DNA from: Veleropilina oligotropha
Taxonomy: Eukaryota
NCBI GenBank assembly: GCA_048128005.1
Contig: JBEUKZ010000093.1
Span: 1-64,000, forward strand
Direction: 5' to 3'
DNA length: 64,000 nt
In this document: one piece after another, positions 13,390 to 24,472 of the stretch
How positions within the stretch are numbered: the stretch's first letter is position 1
Layout of the letters: each line of letters opens with the position of its first letter
The notes under the pieces: generated by a model
What the model saw: only the letters and a program-made list of their open reading frames with translations
Database searches by the model: none
What the model was told of the DNA's origin: nothing
Made by a program: the position numbers and the translations under genes

Positions 13390-13935
13390 ATGTCCCCTAT
13401 AGATCTCCGACATGACGTGTATGTCTTAATGATGGGAGCACATCGACTTCACATCGAGAACAAGGCACAACTTTTGCTTGGAAGTTCATCCACGGAACAT
13501 GGATTGAATTTGACGATAACCATTACATTAAACGCATACGTTATGTTCACCATGTCTCGCTTGTATCGTTGTTATAACTCAAACAAGAGGTATACATGTA
13601 TCTACCGTGAAGCGTGGTGAGAACGAAGCGTGATGAGGATGCACAAGTACTGGTCTCGTATCATCGAATTGGAGATCATCATGTGCAGATTTGTGCACTT
13701 CTTGCGAGACAGGGAGTTCGATGTTCAAATTCTAGATGAATTCAGCCCCTGGTTCTTTGCAGTCGATCATACTGTTTATGCAGGGTGGGTGCTGTCCCCC
13801 GTAAATGATTTGGTCGAACTGCATGACAAACACCCTAGTGTGTACGATGAGTTTAAGAAGGGAATTCCGTCGCCCAGCGATCATGGCACAAGTTCTCGCT
13901 AATTGCCAAAACCAGTCCTACGAACAAAGCAATAA
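13390..13935 (+). pseudogene. Degraded DNA transposase fragment (possibly Academ-like)
   Basis: YWSRIIELEI...PWFFAVDHTVYAGW...HPSVYDEFKKG and a nearby QSYEQSN resemble invertebrate transposase motifs; stops and deletions. Confidence 0.45.
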
Positions 13936-14889
13936 CATGCTTCTTCTTCTTCCCATGAAACGCAAATCTCTAAAAAGAGCAACATCGCGAGTGTGCACGT
14001 GCTGGTGGTGGTCATCATGTGCAGAAAAATATATATACAGTGCTCGGTGACTATGTACATCGGTTGGCTGGGTTTCTACAGGAGTGTGTGGGTCCCGACC
14101 CTAGCTCGGAAAGCTTGTCACACATTTATGATAATGCAGACAGGCCATGACCTTGTGGGGCTTATTGGCTTGATAGCATAATGAACGTGTGTGACTCATT
14201 CGTCGCTCATCACGCGGAGTCGCCCGCTCTCTAAACATAAACGTGGATGTGCTTAGAGAGAGAGGCAACACATTTCTGAAAACTGATCATGAACTCAAAT
14301 TTTTGAATCAGCGTGTCACTCTCTCTTTTTGACCGCGAGAGGCTGAGATCAGGGGCTAATAAGTGTCAAGGCGTCCTAACAAGAGCGTCTGTTGCTGGTC
14401 GTGTGATATCACATTCATTGCCATAGACATGCCGGCTGTAGCTCAAATGGTGCGCCCACCTGATGTATCGCCTTTCCTTTTCCTGAACATCCAGCTGACT
14501 CCATATGTGGAACGTAACGACACTGACAATTAAATCTGAATTTTTTATTGTTCCAGAAGCAATCAAAGTTGGCAAAAATAATAATAATAATAATAAAATT
14601 TCGTTCTTATAAGAGTATTTATACTCAGCCGTCACAATGCGCTTGACGTTACCTAGGTTATTTGCCTATTTCACAAGGATTTCATCTCAACCCTCTCAGG
14701 GCGCATTAGCATCATTAGGCCTACACGTGGGTAGCGCTGTGACTTGCATAGCTGCCAACCAGATATCCATTCAGATCAGCTGGGTGGATCGAGGCAAATA
14801 TGTTTATTTCCTAACCCAGAAGGCGAGCGGGAGACTCTGCCACCAGAGTCCTGTCATCTACCCATTGATCCACGACGGCGCATGTTATA

Positions 14890-15720
14890 TAATAAATCCA
14901 CTTATATCGCGTTTTTATACAATTTTTAATTTTGAAATGATGATATGACAATCTCGTCGCCAAAATAATCGACTTCCTCATGGAATGGAGATATTATTTC
15001 TTAATCTATGATGCTTAGTTTAAAAGTTATGGTTTTCTGTCTTTCGGGTGACAAACCATATTTTGCTTTTTATACCATTTTGACCTTGAAATGGTGATTT
15101 GACCTTGATCTTAACCTGGAGTCACAATGTAATGCCATGATCGACTTCGTCATCATTGAAAGCATCATTATGGAGGTATTATTTATTAATATGGCAGCCA
15201 TATATTGCGCGTTTTTATACCATTTTTGATATTGAAATGGTGATTTGACCTTGACTTTAACCAGAAATCGAGAAAATAATGTCATAATCGACTTCCTCAT
15301 CATTGAAAACCCTAAAATGGAGGTATTATTTATTAATATATGATGTGTTGACTTACAGTCATAGTTTTCGGTGTTTCGGGTGGGGCTTATATGCGCCACC
15401 CGACTTGACCATAACCTGGAAAAGCGATAATAATAATGTCATTATCGATATCCACATCCTTGAAAACCCTAAAATGGAGACATTATTTAATAATTTATGT
15501 TGTTTGGATTAAATTTAAGTTATATGGTATTCCGTCTTTCGGATGATGACCACATTGCTTGTTTTTATACCGTTTTTGACCTTGAAATGACGATTTGACC
15601 TTGACCTTAACCTGATTTCGGCTAAATAATGTCATAATCGACTTCTTCATGCTTGTAAACCCCAAAATTGAGGTATTAATCACTAATATATGGGGCTTAG
15701 ACATAAAGTTCCTAAATGGT
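14890..15720. repeat. Degenerate tandem units within an interspersed repeat
   Basis: Recurrent ATTTGACCTTGAC, AATGTCATAATCGACTTCCTCATC and ATGGAGGTATTATTT blocks. Confidence 0.6.
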
Positions 15721-16199
15721 ATTCATTTCTTTTGATTTGTTCCCACTATGGCCGCCAGAGGGACAGTTGAGCTTGTCTGCCGGCAGAGGTCATATCCATC
15801 CACAATCAAAATCTCAAAAAATTGCAAAACGTGGATGATTTGTCTAGGCCCTATTACTATATTGTGATACCGCCATTTTGAATTTAAACAACAATTTTAC
15901 AATAATTATTTTGGACAAAAGTAAGGTACATCATGTTGTCAATATGTTTATCGTTACAATGAGCCATTACAAGAATGTATTCTTTGAAAACTGAACAGAA
16001 TATGTCAAAAATACTAAATACGCACAAAAATCAAATGTGATAACGCCGCCATTTTGTTATTCCACCAATATTTTTACTGCCGACAAGCAGATATCGAATA
16101 GAGACATAATAGGCTATCCAAAAATGTATGTCAGCACAAATCCCCAGAGGGGGGGGGGGGGTTCGGTGTCTGGCTCATGGACTATAATGTGCACATTCG

Positions 16200-16392
16200 T
16201 AAGGCGAGAAGTCGAAAACTCGAGAATTCTAAAACTCGAGAAGTCGAAAACTCGAGATTTAGTGTTGTTGAATCTCGAGTTTTCGCCGCGATAATTATCG
16301 AGTGCAATTCCCAAGTTTTCGCGTCGAATATTCAAGATTTAATAATACTAAATCTCGAGTTTTCGTGGCGAGAAGTCGAAAAGTCGAGATGG
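16200..16392. repeat. Short degenerate TCGAG-rich tandem/inverted repeat
   Basis: GAGAAGTCGAAAACTCGAG and AATCTCGAGTTTTCG iterated. Confidence 0.6.
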
Positions 16393-16744
16393 TCGTAATC
16401 AGCCACCATGCAATTCAGACCGAAACACTGTTTGCGTGTCCAGTAAACATTATATCGCCCATCGTCGACAGCACGACGTCATAACACGCGATGTGTATAC
16501 TAGGCGTCGAGTGCGCCCGATATCGTAAATGACTCTACCAGGGATCTAGGCTGCCCTGAACTCAGGTACTCGACCGAAAACAGAAACGTCAACACAATAA
16601 TCATAGTGATGCACGTGGGCATTAGCTCCAGCCTAAATCGAAGACTATCAAAATAATTTCTCCCATTACGACAAGTAACAGGACACGTGATGATATAAAT
16701 TTATCAATGCTCATTTTACAATAGCATTATTACGTAAATTTCCT

Positions 16745-17412
16745 TTCATTATTATTATTATTATTATTTAATACATTTATAATGCGCCTATTCTAGTGTA
16801 GCTCTAAGCGCAGTACAAACTATAACTAATATTACAGTACAATGTACACAAGAATATACAGGAGAGACATCAATGATAATACTATGAATGCAATAAGCAA
16901 TAATAATAATAAACAGAATATTTTTTTGTTGTTTTTTCAATTTTATTAATTTATTTTTTACAAGCGCAATCAGCCAAAGAGGTGAAGCAGCCCCTGCGTG
17001 AACTTCAACCAACTTTGAATGGTACATATGATGAATGCTATAAGCAATAACAATGAACAGATGTGAAGCAGTCATTACTGTCCTCCACTACTACGATGTC
17101 AGCTGAATTGTTAGTGAGATTTGATCAGGTTGGCATTTACATCAGCAAATAGGTGTGTTTTCAACGTCTTCCGAAAACTTGTCTGACATGTGCTTTCCTT
17201 TACTTTAGATGGGAGTTTGTTCCAGAGTTTTGGGGCATTGTTGATAAATGCTCTATCGCCATATTTATTCATTGTTCTATTCTCTGTCAACTGTTGTAAT
17301 TGCTGCGACCTAAGTGCTCTAATAGGTCGATATTGAGCCAGAAGTTCAATAATATATCCAGGCGCTTTTCCTTGAAGAGAATTGTAAACGAATGTAAGAA
17401 TTTTGAAGATAG
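16745..17412 (-). mobile_element. 5'-truncated L2-like LINE (RT C-terminus, 3'UTR, (TAA)n tail)
   Basis: FKILTFVYNSLQGKAPGYI...RALRS...YGDRAFINNAPKLWNKLP...FRKTLKTHLF; ATT repeats at 16748-16770. Confidence 0.85.
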
Positions 17413-19630
17413 TCACAGTGAGGTCATAATGACATTAATTGAAAATGGAGCAGAAATTGATGCAATTAACGTCAAAGGAGATACTGGTCTTTTAATGGCA
17501 GCGAAACAAGGTCACTCAGAAGCTGTTAGCGTGTTACTGAAGCATGGCGCCGATTCCTTGTTGAAAAATGTGGATGGTCGAAATGTATGGCATTATGCGA
17601 TTGAATGCGAAGATGAAGCAGTACTTTTTGCGTTAGTTCAAAACCTCAATAGCTCCGAAAAGCACATAGACATAGCCTATAAGACAGTAGCGAATATCGT
17701 TAAACCAATAAGTTTAGCGTCTGCAAATGGCGAATGCGCCAAAATATCCTTAATGTTAGCAAATGGAATGGATCCATACGAACTAGACGACAACGGAAAT
17801 ACGGCATTACACATGGCGTCGTACAACAATAAACACGAAGTGATCGACATATTTTCCGATCAACTGGGTGTTAACAGTATAAATAAATTCGGAGATACCC
17901 CGCTTCATGTGGCTGTCGAACATGGTTTTCACGATACAGTTGTAACATTATTGACAAGAAGCGCAAAAACAAATATCAGGAACGACAAGGGAGAAACGGC
18001 CCTTCACGTAGCAGCCAAATCCAACAAAATAAATCCAGAAACGGTCAGGTGTTTAATAGAGCACACTAAAACTATGCACGCTCGAGATTGTCTCGCCAAA
18101 TGCGAGATGTCGTTAAATAATCCGCTCCACCTTGCGGCTAAATACGCCAATAAGGAAGTACTGTGGGAGTTTCGGGCAGTCAAAAGCTTCGCTAAAAACA
18201 ACGAGGGCAACACTCCACTTCATGAAGCAGTCAGACCCGGCGAGCCAGAAATATTGGAAAAGGTCTTGGATATACTCGACATCGTAAAGCTGGATGTCAA
18301 CATTAACGAGACAAATTCCAACATGCAGACGGTTCTCCATCTCGCAGGTCTCGCGAGATTTTCAAATACTTTAAAGAGGCTAATTCAATATGGAGCCGAC
18401 CTAGCTGTTAAAGATGCAGGTGGAAACACTGTCCTGCATTGCTTGACCAAAGCCACGGTGCAAGATCCCCAAAATTCGAATGATTATCTAAGGTCGATGG
18501 ACATCCTAATCGATGAGTCTGTAAGTTGGCTCTGCAATTGTCGAAAGTGGAGGCATCCCGACAACAAGATGCTCTTCAAAGAATACAAGAAGGAGGCAAT
18601 TCTTCATCTGACAAACGATGTTCGCAATCATGAAAACTTAAATGTTCTGACCCTAGCTGCAGAGATAGGTGCTGCAGAGGTTTTAGAGCGGTTCCTCTTA
18701 ATGGAAGACGTCACGATGTTTACGTCACAGTTCGACGTAGAATACGACGTCAGTAACATTTCTCCACTACTCACTAGGGTGAAAAGCAAGTGTTGCGACA
18801 AGCAAGTAACCCCTGTATTAAATTCATGTCTCGAGTGTCTGCTTCACCTTAACGACCACTCTAGGGCCGCCACAGTGTTAAACATTCCTCCAATCCGAGC
18901 ATTGGAGCTTAATTACACAGGCATATGCCGATTTACATATCTCTTACTTCTATTTATCCATGTTGCATATATGATCACATTCTGCTTTGCCGGTTTGGGG
19001 GTTCTCGTGGATTTGCGAATGGAACGGCTATCGAATACATCGTCAGACACATTGACAACTAATGAAATTTTAGTTTACACAGTGGTCCCAATACAACCAT
19101 TTTATTCGATTTTATCGACTCTATATTTTCATTAGCCACGCTTGGATGAGCGAGCTAACACTACGTGGCATTGGAAATTTGATTTTTGCCTATAAATCCC
19201 ACTTGAGCAACCTGGTATTTTCCACCCTGACATTGGTTTGGATTGGGTTATATGTGACTGGTAAGTGGTACCATGACTACGTGCTCGCCTTGTGTCTGTG
19301 TCTTGGTTGGCTCTACACGATAGCGTATTTTGGGGTATCCGCCAGATACACACGTTCCGCGGAATGCTGTTGAGCATTATAACCAAGGACGTCATCCGAT
19401 TCTTGTTCTTTTACTTTTGGGTTTTAGTCGCGTTTTCCATCGCTTTTCATGCCCTATTTCAGATCTCGTCGACAGTTGCGACTCAGTATCCAAACGTTGC
19501 GAGTACAATGTTTCTGGTGTTCAATATTTTGGTAGGAATGGGCGAGTTGTTTGATGGCACGTTCGAACAAGGTATGTCCGACGTGCAGCGAAATGTGGTA
19601 TTTCCCAAAGTTCTGTATATCGTCTACGTG
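17413..19630 (+). pseudogene. TRPV-like ankyrin-repeat cation channel, 5' part (ankyrins, S1-S5, pore, start of S6); disrupted
   Basis: About 9 ankyrin repeats (GNTALHMA, GDTPLHVA, GETALHVA, GNTPLHEA); GWLYTIAYF/GIRQIHTFRGML...KDVIRFLFFYFWVLVAFSIAF matches the TRPV S4-S5 region; frameshifts near 19125 and 19330; cut by viral insertion at 19630. Confidence 0.88.
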
Positions 19631-19736
19631 AGCAGCAGGGGGGGTGACCATACCTTTTATGTGGGGGTGCGGCGAGGGAAATTAAGGCTCCCAGCACCTT
19701 TTCAGAATTAATATGGATCTCAACTCAGCAGCAGGG
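19631..19736 (+). repeat. Left terminal inverted repeat (106 bp perfect, imperfect to ~19803)
   Basis: AGCAGCAGGGGGGGTGACCATACC...CAACTCAGCAGCAGGG is the exact reverse complement of 35451-35556. Confidence 0.97.
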
Positions 19737-19974
19737 AGGGTGAGTGTACTTTTTAGAATGGGAAAATACGGCGCCCAGCACCTGTTCCGAGCCTAGGGTA
19801 GCTTAGAGTAGGGATGAATGCACCTTTTCCGACCCAACGTAGACTATATAGAGCCCCCAGGAACGGCCCACTACCCGAGCCGGCCCGGGCTCCTCAGTTA
19901 TGCGAGCAGTAGCAGGGGGGGTGATTGGACTTTTTAGAATGGCAAAATAGCAGCCCGGCGAAGGCTACAGGACA

Positions 19975-20163
19975 TCACTGAGGGCCCGCCAGCGTTTGAT
20001 TTCGTGCAACTCCCTTTCTACCGTCTTTGGTCTTCTTCTTATATATCGCTTGTTCACCATTGTCGAGTACAACGATCAAAACGTTATAGCCCCGGTTTAA
20101 GAGGTTTTTAACGCGCCTGAAGCTCCGTTCGCTGTACAGCGTAGGAATGTCTTCCTGCGGCAT
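19975..20163 (-). CDS. Small basic viral ORF, unknown function
   Basis: ATG at 20163, MPQEDIPTLYSERSFRRVK...; no recognisable motif. Confidence 0.35.
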   Translation of the reverse strand: MPQEDIPTLYSERSFRRVKNLLNRGYNVLIVVLDNGEQAIYKKKTKDGRKGVARNQTLAGPQ

Positions 20164-20311
20164 GTTGCTTTCAAGTATAACTACACAACGTCTAACATGC
20201 CGATATAGTAGTATGTAGTAAGAGCCCGTAGGGACGGCCCACAACCCTCGCCGGCCCGGGCTCTCTTTTAGACATACCCATCGGACGGGTATATCCAATG
20301 CAAAGGATACG

Positions 20312-20587
20312 ATGTGGGGAACGGACACCTGTCAATGGCTCACCATCAGCTCCACGGAGCTATGTGGTAAGAGATGTCTGAACACGTATTGCAAAGTCCA
20401 CCTGGCTCGGCTACGGCGAAATGGCTGGGGCACAAAGCCCTGCATCAAATGCGGCAAAGGCGTCTTTAACCGGTTTACGTTGTGCCGGGGTTGTGGGTAT
20501 CAGAATGAAGACGTTAAGGACTGGCAACGAAAGAAAAGGGCCTTCCAGAGAGAGTTTCGCCGCATGGCTGCAATCTACCACACGTAA
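20312..20587 (+). CDS. Cys-rich putative zinc-finger protein
   Basis: CQW...CGKRC...YCKVH then CIKCGKG...CRGCG; abuts the replication gene. Confidence 0.65.
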   Translation: MWGTDTCQWLTISSTELCGKRCLNTYCKVHLARLRRNGWGTKPCIKCGKGVFNRFTLCRGCGYQNEDVKDWQRKKRAFQREFRRMAAIYHT

Positions 20588-20602
20588 TTTCCTATTAGAG
20601 AA

Positions 20603-23600
20603 ATGATTTGGCGTAGTGTATACCCCCCCAGCAACATGGATGACCTGCGCAATCTAGCGAAAGATTATGGGATTCCCGCTCGGTCGAAGCTCAAGAAGCA
20701 CGACCTCGTCAGGGCAATCGCCAGGGTCCGTGCTGCGGAGTTTCGGAGCAGACTCGAGCGGGCGATGAAAACGGGAAGGTTCCCCTCCATACGTGGAGAT
20801 GTGGAGAACCCCCACAAAAGAGGCCGACGTGCTCGCGAGTTGCGGCAGATTAAGGACGAGGTCGACGCCGCCCTGCAGGCTCGTAAATACGAATCCCAGG
20901 CTGAGAAAAATCCCAGGATTCGACTGAAGCCACTTCGCGCCATCACGGATCGAATCGTCAAGCGGTCTCGGAAAGAGACCCTTGCCCATGCTATTGCTCG
21001 GAAGGGGCCCGATCTTCTCATCTCCAAAACGCCCCGGACAGCCCAGGACTACCAGAAGGATCTTCTAGGGCAATTTACCACACCCGAGGGACAACGATTC
21101 ATCGACCTGGATGACCAGGTCCCTCCCCCAGTAAGGCTCCCAGCAAAAGAGCCATGGGTGGAACTCTTGAGCGACGCCAAAGACGAGTTTGAGGTCGATG
21201 GTGCCGCGGCGGCTTTCTCCACATGGAGGGTAGAAGTGGCTGGACGGCTGGCCCTGGATGCCCGTATGACAGATGCAAGGGCGGCACAGCTCCTCACAGC
21301 CCTTCCAAAGGGCGAGTATGTCCTTAGAATAAAGTTCTTGCGTGAGTGGGGTGAAGGTGACTGGGTGGTCGAAGACAAGTTTGACCCGGTGAAAGCTGCG
21401 AGGAAGAAGGGCCAGGGTGTCTTTGAGATCTCTCAGGACACTAAGCCGGGTGCTATCACTGGGGTCGACAAGGTCTACTACGAGAATGCCTACCCGGTCA
21501 CTGCAGTCGTCTACGGCGTCTATCCTCTCAGAGAACCAAACCCCGCCAACCTGGTTCCGATGAAGAACGGCGACCTCAACTGCGTTGCCCAACGAGTGAT
21601 TGAGCACTTCGAAGGTGCCCTTAGAGGACACGGACTCACCCCGACAAGGCGGCAGAAAATACTGGAGTGGGAAGAGCGAGTCCATGTAACAGGCGCCACT
21701 GTGGATGATATAGCTACCCTCGAGAAGATCCTCAAACGGGCGATCACCTTGAGAGACATTGCCGGCGAGGACATCTACAACAGTGGGAAATACCAGGCCA
21801 GTATGTGGAAGTCCATAGAACTCATCTGTCACAACGGCCACGCCTGGTCGAAGGACCTACACTTTCCGCAGTCTCGCGAGGTCCACCTGTATGAGGGCGA
21901 TGTCTGGGAAGCTATCCGACAAGCCACCCAGAATGAGCCATTGGCTGTCTGGCTCCTTGGCGGTAAAGACCGACAGCTTGGCGTGGACCAGTTCGTGCTG
22001 CAAGACGGCCGCACTTACCGGACAAAAGAGGCTCACGAGAGACTCCAAGAAGCCTGTACAGCGCTGGGGAATGAGTCCCTAGCCGATCGAGCCTTTGGCG
22101 TGAACCATGCAGCTAGCATTATGGCCAAAGAGACCAACGGCTGGAAACCGACCCCAGCGGGCCTGCTCGATGACATCCAGAAGGCCTGTGTAGAGCATGG
22201 CCACGGCGGCCTGTGGAATTCCATGAATTACGACACGGGCGATGTCTGCTGCATCGATATGAAATCCTGCTACCCTGCAAGCTTTCTGGGGAAGGGCGAG
22301 GCTAAGCCCTATTTCGAAAGATTCGGACACCCACTCCACAGCATGACCCGGGTCGCAATTAACGGTCCTCTACCCCGAGAAATCGGTACCGGGTTTGCCG
22401 AGGTCGTGGAATGGGAGTTCGCACAAGACATCCACCCCGTCATTGTAGCATGGTTCGGAAAGCACTTTGCAGAGAATGGATGGGCACCCACCCCGCTGCT
22501 CGCCTTCCTCGTAGACTCTGGACTGCTAAAAAGCCTCAAGATCCGAGAATCCATCATCGCGTTCAAAAACCAGACCGATGTCTGGCTTCCGGAGAATCGT
22601 GACCAGGGCTGCAGCATTATCGGCAAATTCACCCAAGGCGCCAAGGCCGATGGCAAAAGATTGACTCGTAGACTGGTGACCGACCAGGGTGAGCTCGACT
22701 TCCTCGTAAGAGACACCCGCCAAAGCGGCACCCTGGTTGGCGCTCCTCAGAGATGCCCCCTCGGTCACATCCTCACGTACTATGATGGCTCCCAGCCTCA
22801 GTACGCCCACCTGATGGTATCCATGTTGGCCTATGCACACATAAACCTCTTGAGCATGCTGAAGCGTTTCAGTGCAGCAGAAGCCGTCCGGGTAGCCACG
22901 GACAGCATCTACCTCAAGAAGGCCTCGTTGGAGAAGCTCGACGATGTCACGGTGTACGTTGCCCCCAGACTCTGCGGCTGTGGCGAGAAATCGTGCATCT
23001 CATGTCTGATCGCGGAGCCGTACCTTCCGCCAGTAGCACCAGCCCAGTGGCGTGACAAGGGCGAACAGCTGTATATGCCACAGGAACATGCCGCATACCT
23101 ACCCAAGCCAGAGTATTGTTGTGCCGCCAATTCCAGCCAGCCGAGCACCGCGCCATGCTACAATGACACACTGACCCACCATCGCCTGAGTTACCTCAAT
23201 GGTGGAGGGGGCTGTGGCAAGACTACGAGAGCGATCGAGCTCTTCCGGGCAAGGAATCCCGTCGTGTTCACACCAACCCACCGCCTCGCTAAAGAGATGC
23301 GGACCAGAGGCGTCAAAGCCCAGACCTACCACAGCTTCTTCCGATGGAGCGGCCAGAACGACTGGACGCCTGATCGCATGGGTCAGAAGTTCATCCCGCG
23401 CGTCATTATCTGGGACGAGGTCTGTACTGTTCCCCGGCACATCCTAGAGATGTTCTTGGACTGGCTGGGCCGCCACGAAGTGCAGGTTATCTGCTGTGGT
23501 GATCAAGGCCAGCCACCACCGATTACGGGCGAGATGCCGCACGATTGGCTGCGAAAGACCGCGGACTACTATGAAGAGATCGAAGTAGACTACAGGGCGA

Positions 23601-24472
23601 AAGACGACCCTGCCCTCCAAGCCCTGAAAAGACGTATCCGTCTCCAGCCCGACAAAGTCCAGTGCGACGAGATGCGACGGACCCTCCCCAGCTGCCTCGG
23701 ATGGGACCGGTTCGTCAACACCTGGAAGCCAGGCGACCTAATCCTCACAAGCCGTCAGAAGGTCCGCGAACGGGCTCAAGAGCTGTTGCTCCAGAGGCAC
23801 AAGGAGCACTTCCCAGACTCCATGGTGCCTATCCTGTACCACCCCAGGGACAGCAGAAAACAGAACATCATGGTAACCATTCCGGGCACCAGCGACAGAG
23901 AGGAGCTAGTTCTGAACGACGTCGTCGAGGTCACCATTGAGGCCGCTGAGCGGGCTATCCTGACCCCGGATTGGCGCCTGGGCTATGCCCTGACCATCCA
24001 TTCGAGCCAGGGTCTTACGATTCACGACCCACAGAAAGTCTGGATCATCGACGACTACCTTCAGTGGAGTAATCTCGCCTACCTAGCCGTGTCCCGGGTG
24101 GAGCTGCTGCGTCAGCTTGAACGGGTAACCTGTCCACCGGATGAGGGTTCTGAGGACAGGCCCCCGCCCCAAACCGAGCAACAGCTCCGAAAGACCATCC
24201 AGAAAAAGCTTGTGGCGTACAAACGCCAGGACCAGGCAACGGGACTCCCGGGGTTTAACCTCAAGGTCGACGACATCCTGCGGCTCAGAGAGGCCCAAAA
24301 CAACCGCTGCGCAGCATGCAACATAGAGCTGCTCTGGGCATATTCCCCGAAGGACACACAGCAGTTCAGTGTCGACCGTGTGGACAACAGCAGGGGCCAC
24401 ACCCGCGACAACGTGCGCTTAACGTGTCTGGAATGTAACCGGAAACGAGGATTTGCGGTTGTTAACGCCTGA
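20603..24472 (+). CDS. Multidomain replication protein: Rho-N-like DNA-binding region, divergent family-B DNA polymerase, SF1 (RecD/Pif1-like) helicase, HNH/EndoVII-like nuclease
   Basis: LRNLAKDYGIPARSKLKKHDLV; HGG + IDMKSCYP (motif A, ~22256), SIIGKF (motif B), VATDSIY (motif C, ~22900); GGGGCGKT (~23201), TPTH, IIWDE, GDQGQPPP, YRAKD, YALTIHSSQG, YLAVSR; CAAC...SVDRVDNSRGHTRDNVRLTCLECN. Confidence 0.88.
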   Translation: MIWRSVYPPSNMDDLRNLAKDYGIPARSKLKKHDLVRAIARVRAAEFRSRLERAMKTGRFPSIRGDVENPHKRGRRARELRQIKDEVDAALQARKYESQAEKNPRIRLKPLRAITDRIVKRSRKETLAHAIARKGPDLLISKTPRTAQDYQKDLLGQFTTPEGQRFIDLDDQVPPPVRLPAKEPWVELLSDAKDEFEVDGAAAAFSTWRVEVAGRLALDARMTDARAAQLLTALPKGEYVLRIKFLREWGEGDWVVEDKFDPVKAARKKGQGVFEISQDTKPGAITGVDKVYYENAYPVTAVVYGVYPLREPNPANLVPMKNGDLNCVAQRVIEHFEGALRGHGLTPTRRQKILEWEERVHVTGATVDDIATLEKILKRAITLRDIAGEDIYNSGKYQASMWKSIELICHNGHAWSKDLHFPQSREVHLYEGDVWEAIRQATQNEPLAVWLLGGKDRQLGVDQFVLQDGRTYRTKEAHERLQEACTALGNESLADRAFGVNHAASIMAKETNGWKPTPAGLLDDIQKACVEHGHGGLWNSMNYDTGDVCCIDMKSCYPASFLGKGEAKPYFERFGHPLHSMTRVAINGPLPREIGTGFAEVVEWEFAQDIHPVIVAWFGKHFAENGWAPTPLLAFLVDSGLLKSLKIRESIIAFKNQTDVWLPENRDQGCSIIGKFTQGAKADGKRLTRRLVTDQGELDFLVRDTRQSGTLVGAPQRCPLGHILTYYDGSQPQYAHLMVSMLAYAHINLLSMLKRFSAAEAVRVATDSIYLKKASLEKLDDVTVYVAPRLCGCGEKSCISCLIAEPYLPPVAPAQWRDKGEQLYMPQEHAAYLPKPEYCCAANSSQPSTAPCYNDTLTHHRLSYLNGGGGCGKTTRAIELFRARNPVVFTPTHRLAKEMRTRGVKAQTYHSFFRWSGQNDWTPDRMGQKFIPRVIIWDEVCTVPRHILEMFLDWLGRHEVQVICCGDQGQPPPITGEMPHDWLRKTADYYEEIEVDYRAKDDPALQALKRRIRLQPDKVQCDEMRRTLPSCLGWDRFVNTWKPGDLILTSRQKVRERAQELLLQRHKEHFPDSMVPILYHPRDSRKQNIMVTIPGTSDREELVLNDVVEVTIEAAERAILTPDWRLGYALTIHSSQGLTIHDPQKVWIIDDYLQWSNLAYLAVSRVELLRQLERVTCPPDEGSEDRPPPQTEQQLRKTIQKKLVAYKRQDQATGLPGFNLKVDDILRLREAQNNRCAACNIELLWAYSPKDTQQFSVDRVDNSRGHTRDNVRLTCLECNRKRGFAVVNA

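Noticed and set aside
17300..17412. N-terminus of the 611-aa ankyrin ORF
   Set aside because: This stretch is the antisense of the L2 RT fragment, not channel sequence
19625..19630. 6-bp TSD TACGTG
   Set aside because: Would remove the last T of the right TIR and break the AG...CT symmetry; 5 bp is preferred but not proven from one copy
23190..24120. Helitron interpretation of the Pif1/RecD-like helicase
   Set aside because: No HUH Rep motifs; the element has TIRs, a TSD, an integrase and capsid-like genes
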